Source of the DNA: a virus
Lineage: Duplodnaviria; Heunggongvirae; Uroviricota; Caudoviricetes
Virus record (IMG/VR): IMGVR_UViG_3300011008_000020
Length of the DNA stretch: 64,000 bases
Reading direction: 5' to 3' (one strand)
In this document: piece by piece, positions 45,498 to 55,609 of the stretch
How positions within the stretch are numbered: position 1 is the stretch's first letter
Layout: each line of letters starts with the position of its first letter
The notes under the pieces: model-generated
The model's input: only the letters and a program-made list of their open reading frames with translations
Database searches by the model: none
Told to the model about the DNA's origin: nothing
Program-made: the position numbers and the translations under genes

Positions 45498-46273
45498 GGA
45501 AAATCCTGTCGGAAGTCATCGCCCATGAGTTCCCTGATGCTGTCCTTCATAAAAATCGGCCTGCCGGAGTATTCGCACTCCATGAGGATTGCGTCAATCC
45601 ACTCCTTCTTCGGCTGCACCTTGTTCTTGCGGCCTCCCGTCTCTGCACCGACGATCACCCAGTCGGCAGGGACGTGGGAGCAGAAGCCCGGCTGCATCGG
45701 CGCGAGCATCGGCTCGATGGACACGAACAGGTTCTTGACGAGACACTCGTCCGCGTGGTGGAAGCGCCAGAGCATCTTCTGGCTGGTGGCCGTGTAGCCG
45801 TACCAATGTTCATGCGGCAGCAGGCCTTTCGCTGCCAGCTCGTTGTAGCGGTTCGGGTTCTTGGTGAGGAACAGGTATCTGTGCTGCTTCGCCTTCGCAC
45901 AGGCGTCGAACACTTCCTGAATCCACTCGTCGGGCACCCACTCGCCAAAGACGTCCGACATCGAGCCGACGAATATGGTCTTCGGGTTCTTCCATTTCTG
46001 CGGGATGTCCAGACGGTAGCGGTGGAAGGTCGGCGCAAAGCCGAAGGGGTAGGGCGTCGGCACGATCTGGCCGTTCTTCTGCTCTCGGCACTGAATCTCT
46101 TCCAGCACATACAGACCGTTTTCCTCGTGCCACGTGCCCGGCTTATGATCGGGAAGGAATCCCTTAAACCTGCGGGCCATGCCGCGAGCATAGCAGTAGG
46201 CGCAGCCGTGGTTACAGCCGGTGATCGGGTTGAATGAGGCGTCGGCCCAGTCGATCTTGGTGGTCTGTCCCAT
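45479..46273 (-). CDS. phage Gp37/Gp68 (DUF5131) family protein with CX3CX2C radical-SAM-type motif
   Basis: WADASFNPITGCNHGCAYCYA. Confidence 0.65.
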   Translation of the reverse strand: MGQTTKIDWADASFNPITGCNHGCAYCYARGMARRFKGFLPDHKPGTWHEENGLYVLEEIQCREQKNGQIVPTPYPFGFAPTFHRYRLDIPQKWKNPKTIFVGSMSDVFGEWVPDEWIQEVFDACAKAKQHRYLFLTKNPNRYNELAAKGLLPHEHWYGYTATSQKMLWRFHHADECLVKNLFVSIEPMLAPMQPGFCSHVPADWVIVGAETGGRKNKVQPKKEWIDAILMECEYSGRPIFMKDSIRELMGDDFRQDFPWEVKA

Positions 46274-46832
46274 TATGCCTGCTCCTTTCTGATCGCGTTC
46301 TCCGGCGTCAGGCCGTCCAACTGCATCCGGCTCCCTGTCGCTTCCTCTTGCCCACAGTATTTCCCCGTGTAGGGCTTGGAGACGTCAACGGCGTCCATGT
46401 AGACGAGCTGGGTCACGGGGTAGCCGGGATAGAGGAGGATTGTGCAAGGGCTGTCGTTCTTGAGTTCCAGTGTGATGTGGCCGGGGAATCCGGGGTCAAC
46501 GAAGCCCGCGTTCTGCACCGTCAGACCGGCCCGACCAATGGAGGAGCGCCCCTGAACGAAAGCCGCCGCGTCAATCGGCACGATGATGGATTCAATGGTC
46601 GTCGCCAGCATGAACTCGCCGGGCATGATCGGGATGGTCTCGCCGTCCTTGACCTCAAAGCGGGTGTATTTCATTTCCTCGCCGAGCCGGACGATCTGGC
46701 TGGGAACCGGCTTGAGGAAGGTGTGGCCCAGCCGGAGGTTGATGCTGGCCGGATTGACGCTGCTGTCATTCGTCCCGGAGATCATACCGTTCTCAATGAG
46801 ACGCTTCAAACGCTTATCTCCCCAAATCATTT
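46273..46832 (-). CDS. dcd: dCTP deaminase (Dcd/dUTPase fold)
   Basis: MIWGDKRLKRLIENGMI...NPASINLRLGH...GRSSIGRAGL...ITLELKN parallels Dcd. Confidence 0.75.
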
Positions 46833-47083
46833 CTTTTCCCCTCTTTCTCGGCGTCAGCGATGCCCTCCTTGATGCCATCGCTGACCATTTTCCCACACAT
46901 GGATAATGGCCCACGCTGACATGCAACCTTGAGGATTCGCCGCTCATAGTGCCGGTTGTCTTCGCCCTTCTCACGCTGCACGCCGTATAGCTTGCCGATG
47001 GTGTTCAGCGTCATGCCGTGCATCGCGGACTTGAGCGTGTTGTAGGTGTGTCTCCGCGCAAGGCGCGTGATTATATCTGCCAT
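46814..47083 (-). CDS. hypothetical protein
   Basis: 89 aa ORF. Confidence 0.45.
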   Translation of the reverse strand: MADIITRLARRHTYNTLKSAMHGMTLNTIGKLYGVQREKGEDNRHYERRILKVACQRGPLSMCGKMVSDGIKEGIADAEKEGKRNDLGR

Positions 47084-47095
47084 GTAGCAGCCCTC

Positions 47096-48070
47096 CTAAA
47101 CTGTCGTGGTTCCCAGAAGCCTGTGATTCCTGTGCCGGTCTCTGCTGATGTCGAGGCAGAAGCCGTCGCTGCGCTCGGCAATCCTGCTGCCGGTGGCCTC
47201 GTCCATGTCCGAGAGATCGGCGATGTGCCACTCGCTGGATATGATCGTCGGCAGCTTGTTGACGTATCGGTAGTTGATCAGGTCGAAGGCCAGCTTCTTG
47301 TCCGGGCCTGACGGCTGTGTGACCTCGCCGTGCTCGTTGGTGACCGGCTTTAACATGTCGTCTATGTAGAGCACATCGACCGTCTGCAGGCGGCTCATTT
47401 CCTTCTCGTAGTTCTCCGCGTCGTTCACGATGGCCTTGAGCCGCTTGCTGATCTGCGGCCACACCACATAGAGCAGCGGACGCTCGTAGAGCAGCCGCCC
47501 GGCGACAGCGGTGCAGATGTGGGTCTTCCCGCATCCCGGCTGACCGCCCATGTAGAGCCACCGGCCAGCCTTGACGCCTTCCGAGAGGTATCGGTTCGCC
47601 ATGTCAAGCATCGCCTTCTGCCACGGCTCAGTCGCCTCAAAGCGTTTGAACGTGTTTTCCTTGATGCTCTTTTCGAGGCCGGACTGGCGAAGCCGCCAGA
47701 TGCTCTTGCGAATTTCCATGCACCTGCACGGGGTGACATACTCGTAGATGCCGCCGTTGCTGTCAACCTTGAACCCCATCGTGTTGCCGCGATTCAAACA
47801 CAGCTTGCAATCGTAGCCGTCACCGGCGATGGGAGTGTTCTTGCCTTGGGCGGTGTCGGCGGTGTAGCCGTCCTTCAAGTTGCCCGGCGTGTTGTTGTAG
47901 TTATCGACCTTGCGCTGCTCACACTCGATGTCGTACTGCTTGCGTTCTTCCGGCGACATCGCCATAACAGCTTTCATTTGGGCGAGCACCTGCCGCCCAC
48001 GATCAGACAATGGTTTGTCCTTCAAACAGCTTTCGAGGCCCTGAATCGCCAGCTCTCCCAGCGTTGGCAT
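47096..48070 (-). CDS. DnaC/IstB-like helicase loader ATPase
   Basis: Walker A GGQPGCGKTH; Walker B VLYIDDM. Confidence 0.75.
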   Translation of the reverse strand: MPTLGELAIQGLESCLKDKPLSDRGRQVLAQMKAVMAMSPEERKQYDIECEQRKVDNYNNTPGNLKDGYTADTAQGKNTPIAGDGYDCKLCLNRGNTMGFKVDSNGGIYEYVTPCRCMEIRKSIWRLRQSGLEKSIKENTFKRFEATEPWQKAMLDMANRYLSEGVKAGRWLYMGGQPGCGKTHICTAVAGRLLYERPLLYVVWPQISKRLKAIVNDAENYEKEMSRLQTVDVLYIDDMLKPVTNEHGEVTQPSGPDKKLAFDLINYRYVNKLPTIISSEWHIADLSDMDEATGSRIAERSDGFCLDISRDRHRNHRLLGTTTV

Positions 48071-48953
48071 TTCGGCGTCCCCCTTTCTTTCTCGCGTGTT
48101 CATCTGATGCAGCCTTGAACTCGGCGACAGAGAGCACGTTTTCCTCGACGCAGCGGTTCAGGATTGACTTCACGTAGTTGTAGACGCGCTTCCCGTTGCC
48201 GCAGGCTTCGTCTATCACATGGATTATCAGGTCATCAGGGAGACCGTCGTCCCTGAATGTGAGTAGTTCTGCTTCGTTGTTGGGTGTCATACACATAAGG
48301 TTTTCCCTTGCGTATACGATCAATCTATCTACGAACACAGGATTATCTTCTCCGTCATCTTCACCATAAGGGTTTGACGGAATGTTATAATAAACACCAG
48401 CAGGAGTAGGCGTAGCCTTTCCTTTACTTTCCTTTGTGGCATTTGCGGGCCGCATTTCGTCATTTGCGGCCTGCAAATGCGAATTTGATGGCGGCACGTA
48501 GGGATATGTGGATGATGTGACCGCGCTCAACGGCACGAGATTGATGGAACCCGTTTCTTCCGGGCGCAGAAGCCAGTATTCACGAATGGCACTCCGAACG
48601 CGGCGCTTTGCGATAGCGATGGCGTACCTTTTTTGCATACCTCTACTTGTAAGGACACCCTGTGCGAAAAGCCTTTTATCAAAAAGTCCACAACGCAAGC
48701 ATGCCTCAACGGTCGCCTTGACCGTGCCAGATCGTATGCCAGCGCCCATCCGCCTCGCTATGGCGGCGTCACTGTCATCGCTCCAAATGTAGAAGTAGCC
48801 CTCGTCTCCGTATGCCTTCTGGCAGATGTAGAAGTAAATCGAGAACCCAAGCCACCCTTGCGCATCGAGCAGCTTGTCCATTTTTCGGTCATTGTCGAAC
48901 ATGGTAACATCCCAGCCCGCGTAGTCTATGCCTTGTTTCGGCCTGCCGGACAA
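48003..48953 (-). CDS. phage replisome organizer (DnaD-like / Phage_rep_org_N)
   Basis: GWLGFSIYFYICQKAYGDEGYFYIW N-terminal domain; upstream of the DnaC-like gene. Confidence 0.65.
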   Translation of the reverse strand: MSGRPKQGIDYAGWDVTMFDNDRKMDKLLDAQGWLGFSIYFYICQKAYGDEGYFYIWSDDSDAAIARRMGAGIRSGTVKATVEACLRCGLFDKRLFAQGVLTSRGMQKRYAIAIAKRRVRSAIREYWLLRPEETGSINLVPLSAVTSSTYPYVPPSNSHLQAANDEMRPANATKESKGKATPTPAGVYYNIPSNPYGEDDGEDNPVFVDRLIVYARENLMCMTPNNEAELLTFRDDGLPDDLIIHVIDEACGNGKRVYNYVKSILNRCVEENVLSVAEFKAASDEHARKKGGRRNANAGRAGDSGPRKLFEGQTIV

Positions 48954-49040
48954 ATGGATTCACCCTCTTTCACCCCCACGCCCGTCGCCGGGCGCAGGGG
49001 AGTGTTCGTCTATGACACCGTTAGATGCCGTTTGTGGAAT

Positions 49041-49069
49041 ATTATAGCCGCTAACGGTGTCATTGTCAA
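49041..49069 (-). promoter_or_regulatory. consensus sigma-A promoter TTGACA-17-TATAAT (family member 3)
   Basis: Minus strand reads TTGACAATGACACCGTTAGCGGCTATAATATTCCAC. Confidence 0.7.
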
Positions 49070-49101
49070 TATGGTTAATGCAACTGATAGAAACTTTTTT
49101 G

Positions 49102-52100
49102 TTATTCCATCACGGCGTGACTTCCGGCGTCGTCCTTCGTCACGGTGATGTTCTGGGGGAACATGGCCTTCATCGCCTCGTCGTGGGTGATTGCCATGAT
49201 GCACATATCGGTGTAGCGCCGCCGGATGGCTTCAAGGGCCTCGACGTAGGCCCGCACGCCGTCACTGTCAAGGAATGGCGGCTCGTCAAGGAACAGGAAG
49301 CCGAGCTGCACGCCGAGCTTGTTCTTCATCACCTCTGCAAGGGCAAGGATGACGCTCAATGCCGCCTTGACGCGCTCGCCGCCAGAGCGGGACAGGTAGG
49401 GCAAGCGCCCGGTGTCCGCGTCGTTGATGACGACGTCCAGCGTGGTGACCTCCTTCTTGTTGTTGCTCTTGAGCACCTTCTCTGTCACCAGCTCCACGCT
49501 CATGCGGCCCTGCGACATCTGGCCGAGGATATTGGAGGCCGTGGCCTCGAAGATCGGGATGATCGACCTCGTGATGTTGTGCGGAATGCCGTTGGAACCG
49601 AAGGCTTGCTTGAGTATCTCGTACTGCGCCGCCGTATAGGCTTTGTCGTCGATCTGCTTGGCGACTTCGGCCACGTGAGCCTGCAAGACTTTCGTTCGCT
49701 CGATCTCCGCCTCGATGGAGGCCTTGACGCCGACCACGCGGTCTCGCTCGGCCTGTTCGCTGGCGATCTGCTTCTTGATCTCGATGATCTTGGCCGTGAT
49801 AGCGTCCTTCTCGGCGTCCGTCGCGGCTTCACCGGCGAGATTGGCTTCGAGTTCGCTGATGTGCTTCTCGTTGAACTCAATCGCCCGCTGGTACTCGTCA
49901 ATGCGTTCCTGCGCGGCGTCCCTGCGGTCTTTCGCGCCAACAAGCTGCTGTTCCTTCTCGATGCACGGCTTGTACTGCGTGATCGCGTTGACGGCGGCGG
50001 TGTATGCTTCATAGACTTCGGCATAACCGGCGATGTCGGCGTTCACCTTTTCCAGCTCGCTTTTCTTGGTCTCGATCTCGTAGGTGAGGGTGTTGTCGCG
50101 CTCTGTGACTTCCTTGCGACTGGCTTCGAGCCGGGTCAGTTCTTCTTCGTAGGTGGTGATCTGTGCAAGCATCACGGACGCAGAAGCCAGTTCCTTGAGC
50201 CGGGCACGCATCTGGGCGATGGCGGCGGCATCCACGGTGTTGATGGCGTCTCGCCGGGCGATGGCCGCATTCACGTCGTCCGTCAGCTTCGCAAACTCGA
50301 CGCGAGCCGCTTCGGTGGCTTCCGCGTGCTTCTTTTCCAGCTCCGGCAGGGCGTCACGTGCCGCCACGGCGTCCGCGAGGAAGCGGCAGGTGGCGGTCGC
50401 GGCAATCGGGCAACCGCTGTCATCCAGCATGGCGACGCGCTTCTTCTTGCTTTCGATCTCGGTCATGCGCTCACGGAAGTCTGCCCGCGCACTGTTTCGC
50501 AAATCGGAGACCTTGGCTTGGAGTTCGAGGACGGCGCTGTTTGCTGCGTTCCACTTGGCCCTGTTCTCCTCGTCTGCCTCAAGTGCCGCCGTGATGCTGT
50601 CGTGCTCCCGCTGCTGGCGCTCGTACTCTGCGCGGCGAGCGATGGACGCACGAAGCTGTTCCATCCGGGTGTCAAGCTCCTGCGCCCTCTTGGAGTTCTG
50701 GGCGCGGCTGTCCTCACCGGTGCGGATTGCGTTTTCGATGCTGGCACGCTGGGTCTGCATGACGGTGAGGGTGTTCACCTTGTCCTGCAAGGCGTCCCGC
50801 TCAGCCTGCGCCTTGCGGCAGCGTTCCGCGCCGTCAAGGATGTTGCTCTGGTCGTCGAGGATGGAGGCATAGAGCGCCTTGTCCATCTCGGCGCTGAGTT
50901 TCTGCGCCTGCGCACGCCCAATAGCTTCGCGCATTTCGCCGATCTGGCGGCGATACATCGCATAGACCTCCGAGGACGTGTTCAGCTTTGCAAGCTCCCC
51001 GTTCAGGTGTTCGAGTTCGGCGTTCAGGAGTTTGAGTTCGGTGTCACACCCGTCAATGCCAATGACGCAACCGGCGCGGCGATTGCCGAGGACATCGAGG
51101 TCTCCGCACTGCTGCGAGAGTTCATCCTTCTTGGCCTGCAGCGTCCGCACCTCCCGGTTGGCCTCCGTGGCCTTTTCGACGGCCTCGTCGGCCATCTGGT
51201 CGTAGATACCAAGACCGAGGATGTCGGAAAGAATCTGCATGCGCTCCTCTTTGCCCGCTTGCAGGAAAAGCCCATACTGGTCTTGCATGATCAGTGCGCA
51301 GGCGCGAAGGGTCTGGCCGTCGATGCCGATCACGCGCACGATGGCATCCTGCGTGTCGCGCATCTTCTCGCACGAGCGGTCAACCCACTCGCCGTCAACC
51401 TTCTCGGACAGGTTCAAGGTCGCTTTGCCGCTCTTGACGCGGGTGCGTACCACGCGCCACAGCTTGTCGCCGACGCGGAAGGTGAAGTGAATCGCGCCGG
51501 AGCGTGCGCTCTCGTCGTTGCAAATCCAGCCGGTCAGGTCGCCCTCTCGCGGTTCCTCGTAGAGCGCGTCGAAGATCGCGTCCATGAACAGGCTGCTCTT
51601 GCCGACGCCGTTCTGGCCGTTGATGGTCGCAAAGCGCACATCATCGAAGGAGAATGTTTCGTCGCGGTAGTTGCGGTAGTTGGTGACGCTGATCTCGACC
51701 GGCACGAGGACGCCGCTCGCCTTGTCGGCGTGGCCTTCCGCGAGCACGCGGTCAATGATGGAGCGGCCCTTCTCAAGGACGTTTGCCACGGTCTCGTCGT
51801 CGATGACGGTGGCGTTGGTGGCGAGGTACTCCCGCAGGTTCTCCACGGGGTCGTTCTCGGCGGTCAGCTCGGTGCGGTTCACCGTCACCGTGATGTTGCG
51901 CGGGGTGATCTCCTGCACCCAGAACGCTCCCATGTCCATGATCGCCCGTTCGAGCTGCGGACGGTTGAGGGCCTTCTGGTTCTCGTCGGTGCAATCGTAG
52001 ATGACGCGGACGATGGCGTCCTTCACGTCCTGCTGCGGCAGGATGCCGGTCAGGTTGAAGTCGTGGATGCCGTCGTCATCCATGCGGATGGTCTTGAACT

Positions 52101-52953
52101 TGCGCGGGCTGTCAAGCTCCACAAAGTGGTGGTTGCTTACACTCCACCCTTTGTTCCAATCGCCATCCAGCGTATGGACATAGAAGCCGCGCTCCTGTCC
52201 CTCGTCGTTGAAGTTGAGCCGGTTGATCGCGCCGCTGTAGAAGGCCCTCTCGCCGAGGGGCTGCGGCCTGTGGATGTGGCCGAAGCAGCACAGGTCATAG
52301 TTTGCCGTCATCAGCGTCTTGTGGGAAATGATCGGCTCGAACTGGCTGAACATCATGGTCTGGCCGCTCTCGGTGTTCGCACCCTCGACGGTGTAGTGCC
52401 CGACCAGCACAGAAGGATTGCCACGCTGGCACTGGGCCCTCATGCCGACGATCATCTGCTCAAGCGCTTCGGTGAACGCCTGCGTCTCCTGCTCACGGTC
52501 TGCGCCGGGGTTCTGGCTGCGCCAGTAGCCCTTGTCGAAGCCGGGCAAGGCGCAGAGGCTGACGGCGGTGACGTTGGTGTCGATGGAGTAGTGGCCCGGC
52601 TCGGTGATGATCTTGACGTTGCCATTGTTCTCGAAATGGGTCTTGAGCATCTGGTAGTGCTGCTCGCCGTCGTGGTTGGGTGTGCCGCGCACGATCACGA
52701 CCGGCGCGATGTCGGCGAGGCGCTCGATGCGCTGGATGGCGTCGTTGACCTCGGAGATTCCGCGCTCGCTCCACGTCTTGGCGGCGTGGAACAGGTCACC
52801 GGCGTGGATGATCAGATCGGGATTGATCGTCGCCACCTTGTCGATGAACTCGTCGAAGCAGCGCAAGGTGTCCTCGGCGCGGGCGTTCTTCCCGGCCACC
52901 ACCGGCCCCGGAAAGGGGCCGATGTGGGTGTCAGCAAAATGAACGATCTTCAT
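49102..52953 (-). CDS. fused Mre11/SbcD-like phosphoesterase plus Rad50/SbcC-like SMC ATPase (1283 aa)
   Basis: N-terminal MKIVHFADTHIG...DLIIHAGDLFH (calcineurin-like). Walker A GQNGVGKSS, long coiled coil, signature LSRSGGE, Walker B LFLDEPP. Confidence 0.75.
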   Translation of the reverse strand: MKIVHFADTHIGPFPGPVVAGKNARAEDTLRCFDEFIDKVATINPDLIIHAGDLFHAAKTWSERGISEVNDAIQRIERLADIAPVVIVRGTPNHDGEQHYQMLKTHFENNGNVKIITEPGHYSIDTNVTAVSLCALPGFDKGYWRSQNPGADREQETQAFTEALEQMIVGMRAQCQRGNPSVLVGHYTVEGANTESGQTMMFSQFEPIISHKTLMTANYDLCCFGHIHRPQPLGERAFYSGAINRLNFNDEGQERGFYVHTLDGDWNKGWSVSNHHFVELDSPRKFKTIRMDDDGIHDFNLTGILPQQDVKDAIVRVIYDCTDENQKALNRPQLERAIMDMGAFWVQEITPRNITVTVNRTELTAENDPVENLREYLATNATVIDDETVANVLEKGRSIIDRVLAEGHADKASGVLVPVEISVTNYRNYRDETFSFDDVRFATINGQNGVGKSSLFMDAIFDALYEEPREGDLTGWICNDESARSGAIHFTFRVGDKLWRVVRTRVKSGKATLNLSEKVDGEWVDRSCEKMRDTQDAIVRVIGIDGQTLRACALIMQDQYGLFLQAGKEERMQILSDILGLGIYDQMADEAVEKATEANREVRTLQAKKDELSQQCGDLDVLGNRRAGCVIGIDGCDTELKLLNAELEHLNGELAKLNTSSEVYAMYRRQIGEMREAIGRAQAQKLSAEMDKALYASILDDQSNILDGAERCRKAQAERDALQDKVNTLTVMQTQRASIENAIRTGEDSRAQNSKRAQELDTRMEQLRASIARRAEYERQQREHDSITAALEADEENRAKWNAANSAVLELQAKVSDLRNSARADFRERMTEIESKKKRVAMLDDSGCPIAATATCRFLADAVAARDALPELEKKHAEATEAARVEFAKLTDDVNAAIARRDAINTVDAAAIAQMRARLKELASASVMLAQITTYEEELTRLEASRKEVTERDNTLTYEIETKKSELEKVNADIAGYAEVYEAYTAAVNAITQYKPCIEKEQQLVGAKDRRDAAQERIDEYQRAIEFNEKHISELEANLAGEAATDAEKDAITAKIIEIKKQIASEQAERDRVVGVKASIEAEIERTKVLQAHVAEVAKQIDDKAYTAAQYEILKQAFGSNGIPHNITRSIIPIFEATASNILGQMSQGRMSVELVTEKVLKSNNKKEVTTLDVVINDADTGRLPYLSRSGGERVKAALSVILALAEVMKNKLGVQLGFLFLDEPPFLDSDGVRAYVEALEAIRRRYTDMCIMAITHDEAMKAMFPQNITVTKDDAGSHAVME

Positions 52954-52974
52954 TTTGAGGTTCCTCCTTCGTGA

Positions 52975-53946
52975 TTACTGCTGGTTCCTTGCCTTCTTCT
53001 GGCAGTTGAAGCACAAGGGCTTGCCGAACTTGTCGATGCTGTAGTTGTAGACCTTCTCGCTGATCTCTGCGCCGCATACGTCACAGCACGGGCCGCTCTG
53101 CTGGGAGGGTTCAGGGTCATTCAGGAAATCGGGCATACCGTCCTGATAGTCGTCCTTCGGGGGTTCGCCCGCGTCGCTGATGTTGGAGGGAATCATCGGC
53201 GCTTCGTCATCGTCGTCGCCGCTCACGTCGATCACGCGGGCCTGACTGATGTTCGCGGCGTCGTGGCCGTAGAGCGCCTGCGCACCGGCGAAGAATCCGT
53301 CGATGGCGCGTGCCTTGACTTCCGGGTTGTTGAGGTTCGGCACCAAGTACGCGACGATGAAGGGCTTCTTGAGTTCTTCCAGCGTATAGGTGGGCTTGAT
53401 CATCAGCGCCGCACGGATGGCGCGGTTGAGTGCCTTGCTCTCGCAGTGCTCGGCGCGGTACTTCATAAACTGCGCCTTCTGCTGCGCCGTCATGTCAGCC
53501 GTCTCCTCGTCGATGTTCATTTCGCGGCTGGCCTTGTACATGATGTCCTGCCCGGTGAGCTGCGGGGCGAGGATGGTGACGGTGTACTTGACGTCCTTGT
53601 TGGAGCAGGAGCCGCAGTTGACCGGGCGACCAATGGAGCGGTTGACCTCCGCGCACTTGAGGCACTTGGACGGCAGCTCGGATTCAGACTTCACGATGCG
53701 GATTCCCGCCGCCCGCATCAGCTTCAAGAGGCCCTTGCGGGTCAGGGCGTAGCCGGTGCCCTGCTTGTAGATTTCGCCATCCTTGAAGTCCGTGGAGATC
53801 GTGACGGCGTTCATCACCGGCGACTGAATCTCTGCGATCTCGGCCACCGTCTGAATCGGCACGAGGACGTTGAACTTCTCGGCGGGGTACTGCGAGGAAA
53901 GCGCCAGCGCATTGTTGGTGGTGGCGGGCAGGTTGTTGTTTGCCAT
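52975..53946 (-). CDS. putative recombination / ssDNA-annealing protein with zinc ribbons
   Basis: 323 aa adjacent to SbcDC-like gene; CLKCAE...CGSC and CCDVCG...CFNCQ. Confidence 0.4.
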   Translation of the reverse strand: MANNNLPATTNNALALSSQYPAEKFNVLVPIQTVAEIAEIQSPVMNAVTISTDFKDGEIYKQGTGYALTRKGLLKLMRAAGIRIVKSESELPSKCLKCAEVNRSIGRPVNCGSCSNKDVKYTVTILAPQLTGQDIMYKASREMNIDEETADMTAQQKAQFMKYRAEHCESKALNRAIRAALMIKPTYTLEELKKPFIVAYLVPNLNNPEVKARAIDGFFAGAQALYGHDAANISQARVIDVSGDDDDEAPMIPSNISDAGEPPKDDYQDGMPDFLNDPEPSQQSGPCCDVCGAEISEKVYNYSIDKFGKPLCFNCQKKARNQQ

Positions 53947-53949
53947 TTT

Positions 53950-54345
53950 TTACACCTCCATATATTGCATGGTCGAGGGAACTGTGCTATAATGGAGATA
54001 GTCGGAGAACGAGTTCCCACCGTTATCCTTCTGGCCTGTCCGAGCTGCAATCTCGGTCAGGCCCATTTTTATCCCCAGTTCATCCATGACTTCGTACATG
54101 CGCTTTGCCTCAAGGGCCTCGCTTTGCAGCCGGGCGTTGTAGGCGTGGAGCGCGTCGAGCCTGTTCTGGTTTACCTGTTCGGCGACGACCGTCGTGAGGT
54201 AGGCCGCGTCAAACTCTCGGTGAAACAGCTCACTTTGGAAGTTCAGCTTTATGGTCGCGTATTCCAGTGCCGCATCATACTCAGCGTCGGTGATCGGGCG
54301 ACCATAGTGTGCTTCAACGAGCCGCTTGTTCGTTGTCGGTAGCAT
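53950..54345 (-). CDS. hypothetical protein
   Basis: RBS GAGGAGG then MLPTTNKRLVEAH. Confidence 0.5.
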   Translation of the reverse strand: MLPTTNKRLVEAHYGRPITDAEYDAALEYATIKLNFQSELFHREFDAAYLTTVVAEQVNQNRLDALHAYNARLQSEALEAKRMYEVMDELGIKMGLTEIAARTGQKDNGGNSFSDYLHYSTVPSTMQYMEV

Positions 54346-54568
54346 GGTTTTCCTCCTCGATCTCAAAGAACGAGATTTGATGTCCTGCCGCTTTGCGCGG
54401 TCTGAACGACTTGAGCATCTTTTCTTCAAGGTTCGCCAGCGGCGTCGGAAGTCCAGCGCCGAACAGCCTGCGGTAGCAGACCGGGCCGTAGCCGACCAAA
54501 ATGGCCTCCGCGTTCTTGAGCTTGCGGTGGCATTTCCTACACCGGGCGGGCTGGCCTTGCATTTTCAT
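54314..54568 (-). CDS. small zinc-ribbon protein
   Basis: RBS AAAGGAGG then MKMQGQPARCRKCHRKLKN...GYGPVC. Confidence 0.5.
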   Translation of the reverse strand: MKMQGQPARCRKCHRKLKNAEAILVGYGPVCYRRLFGAGLPTPLANLEEKMLKSFRPRKAAGHQISFFEIEEENHATDNEQAAR

Positions 54569-54605
54569 CCTCCTTTCTGTTTCTAATGGTGTCGTCCCGT
54601 GGAAT

Positions 54606-54634
54606 ATTATAGGCGCTGTTAGAAACTTTGTCAA
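54606..54634 (-). promoter_or_regulatory. consensus sigma-A promoter TTGACA-17-TATAAT (family member 4)
   Basis: Minus strand reads TTGACAAAGTTTCTAACAGCGCCTATAATATTCCAC. Confidence 0.65.
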
Positions 54635-54658
54635 GCCCTTTTTTGTCTCTGATCGTGT

Positions 54659-54982
54659 TTATTTTACTGCCGGGGCGCGACGCTGGCCGCGCTGGACAGA
54701 ACCAGACCGGGCGACGCGGGAAACGGAGCGCCCATACTGATGAAACTGGGTCTCAAATTCGGGGTTCAGGAAAACCAGATCATCCGGGTTCGGATTGTCG
54801 CCGCGTTCCCTTGCCTCGGCGAAGCGCTCCATGTTGACGCTCTGGATTCGGCGCTGCAGGTCACGAACGGTGTCCGCATAGTACATGCGCTCCTCCGCGA
54901 CGGCGCGGTACTTGTCCCAGATCACGAGGCGGTCGATGCCGATACCAGCGATCAGCGCGAGAATGATATACAGGGTAATCAT
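54659..54982 (-). CDS. membrane-anchored hypothetical protein
   Basis: RBS AAGGAGG then MITLYIILALIAGIGI. Confidence 0.5.
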   Translation of the reverse strand: MITLYIILALIAGIGIDRLVIWDKYRAVAEERMYYADTVRDLQRRIQSVNMERFAEARERGDNPNPDDLVFLNPEFETQFHQYGRSVSRVARSGSVQRGQRRAPAVK

Positions 54983-55299
54983 ACCTTTGTTTCCTCCTTC
55001 TTGTTGCAAAGCAACGATTTGTAGGCGAATGAGCGGATGCAGGCGGCACAGTTCCGACGACGGTCGCGCTTGCACGTGCCGTCGTGCGGAATCTGCATGA
55101 TGTCCGCGATGCAGACGGGAGAGGCCGCGATGGCGTTCACGAGCCAGTCAAATGATTCGACGCAGGCGGTACACACATCTGCGCGGACGCTGGTGCGAGG
55201 GCGCTGCCCTCCGTAGAGGGCAAGCACCACATCGTCAAAGGTTCCGCGCAGGTGCGCGGGCATGGCTGCGCGTGTGCGCTCGATGTTGTTACTCGGCAT
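54979..55299 (-). CDS. Cys-rich hypothetical protein
   Basis: RBS GGAGG then MPSNNIERT; multiple CxxC. Confidence 0.45.
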   Translation of the reverse strand: MPSNNIERTRAAMPAHLRGTFDDVVLALYGGQRPRTSVRADVCTACVESFDWLVNAIAASPVCIADIMQIPHDGTCKRDRRRNCAACIRSFAYKSLLCNKKEETKV

Positions 55300-55316
55300 A
55301 TACGACACCTCCGTCC

Positions 55317-55577
55317 TTACGCGGCCTGCCGGGCCTGCGGCGTTCCTCCTCCCGCGCCAGCGCGGGCAGCTTGAGGGCGTCGGCGTCCTTGTCGCCGGTT
55401 GGTCAGGGCCGTTTCTGAAACCCTCAACGAGCCACCAGCCTTGATGACTTCGCCGTACACCTTGCACTGGTGGATGATGTCGTAGGCTTTTGACAGGCTC
55501 ACGCTGAACATATCGCGCACCTGTTCCGCGTCGTAGTGCCTCTGCTTGAATCCGAGCGGTGATTTCCTTGCTGGCAT
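55317..55577 (-). CDS. small HTH DNA-binding protein (excisionase/AlpA-like)
   Basis: FSVSLSKAYDIIHQCKVYGEVIK. Confidence 0.45.
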   Translation of the reverse strand: MPARKSPLGFKQRHYDAEQVRDMFSVSLSKAYDIIHQCKVYGEVIKAGGSLRVSETALTNRRQGRRRPQAARAGAGGGTPQARQAA

Positions 55578-55609
55578 ACTGCCTTCCTCCTTCGCGAGTA
55601 CCGGGCTGG

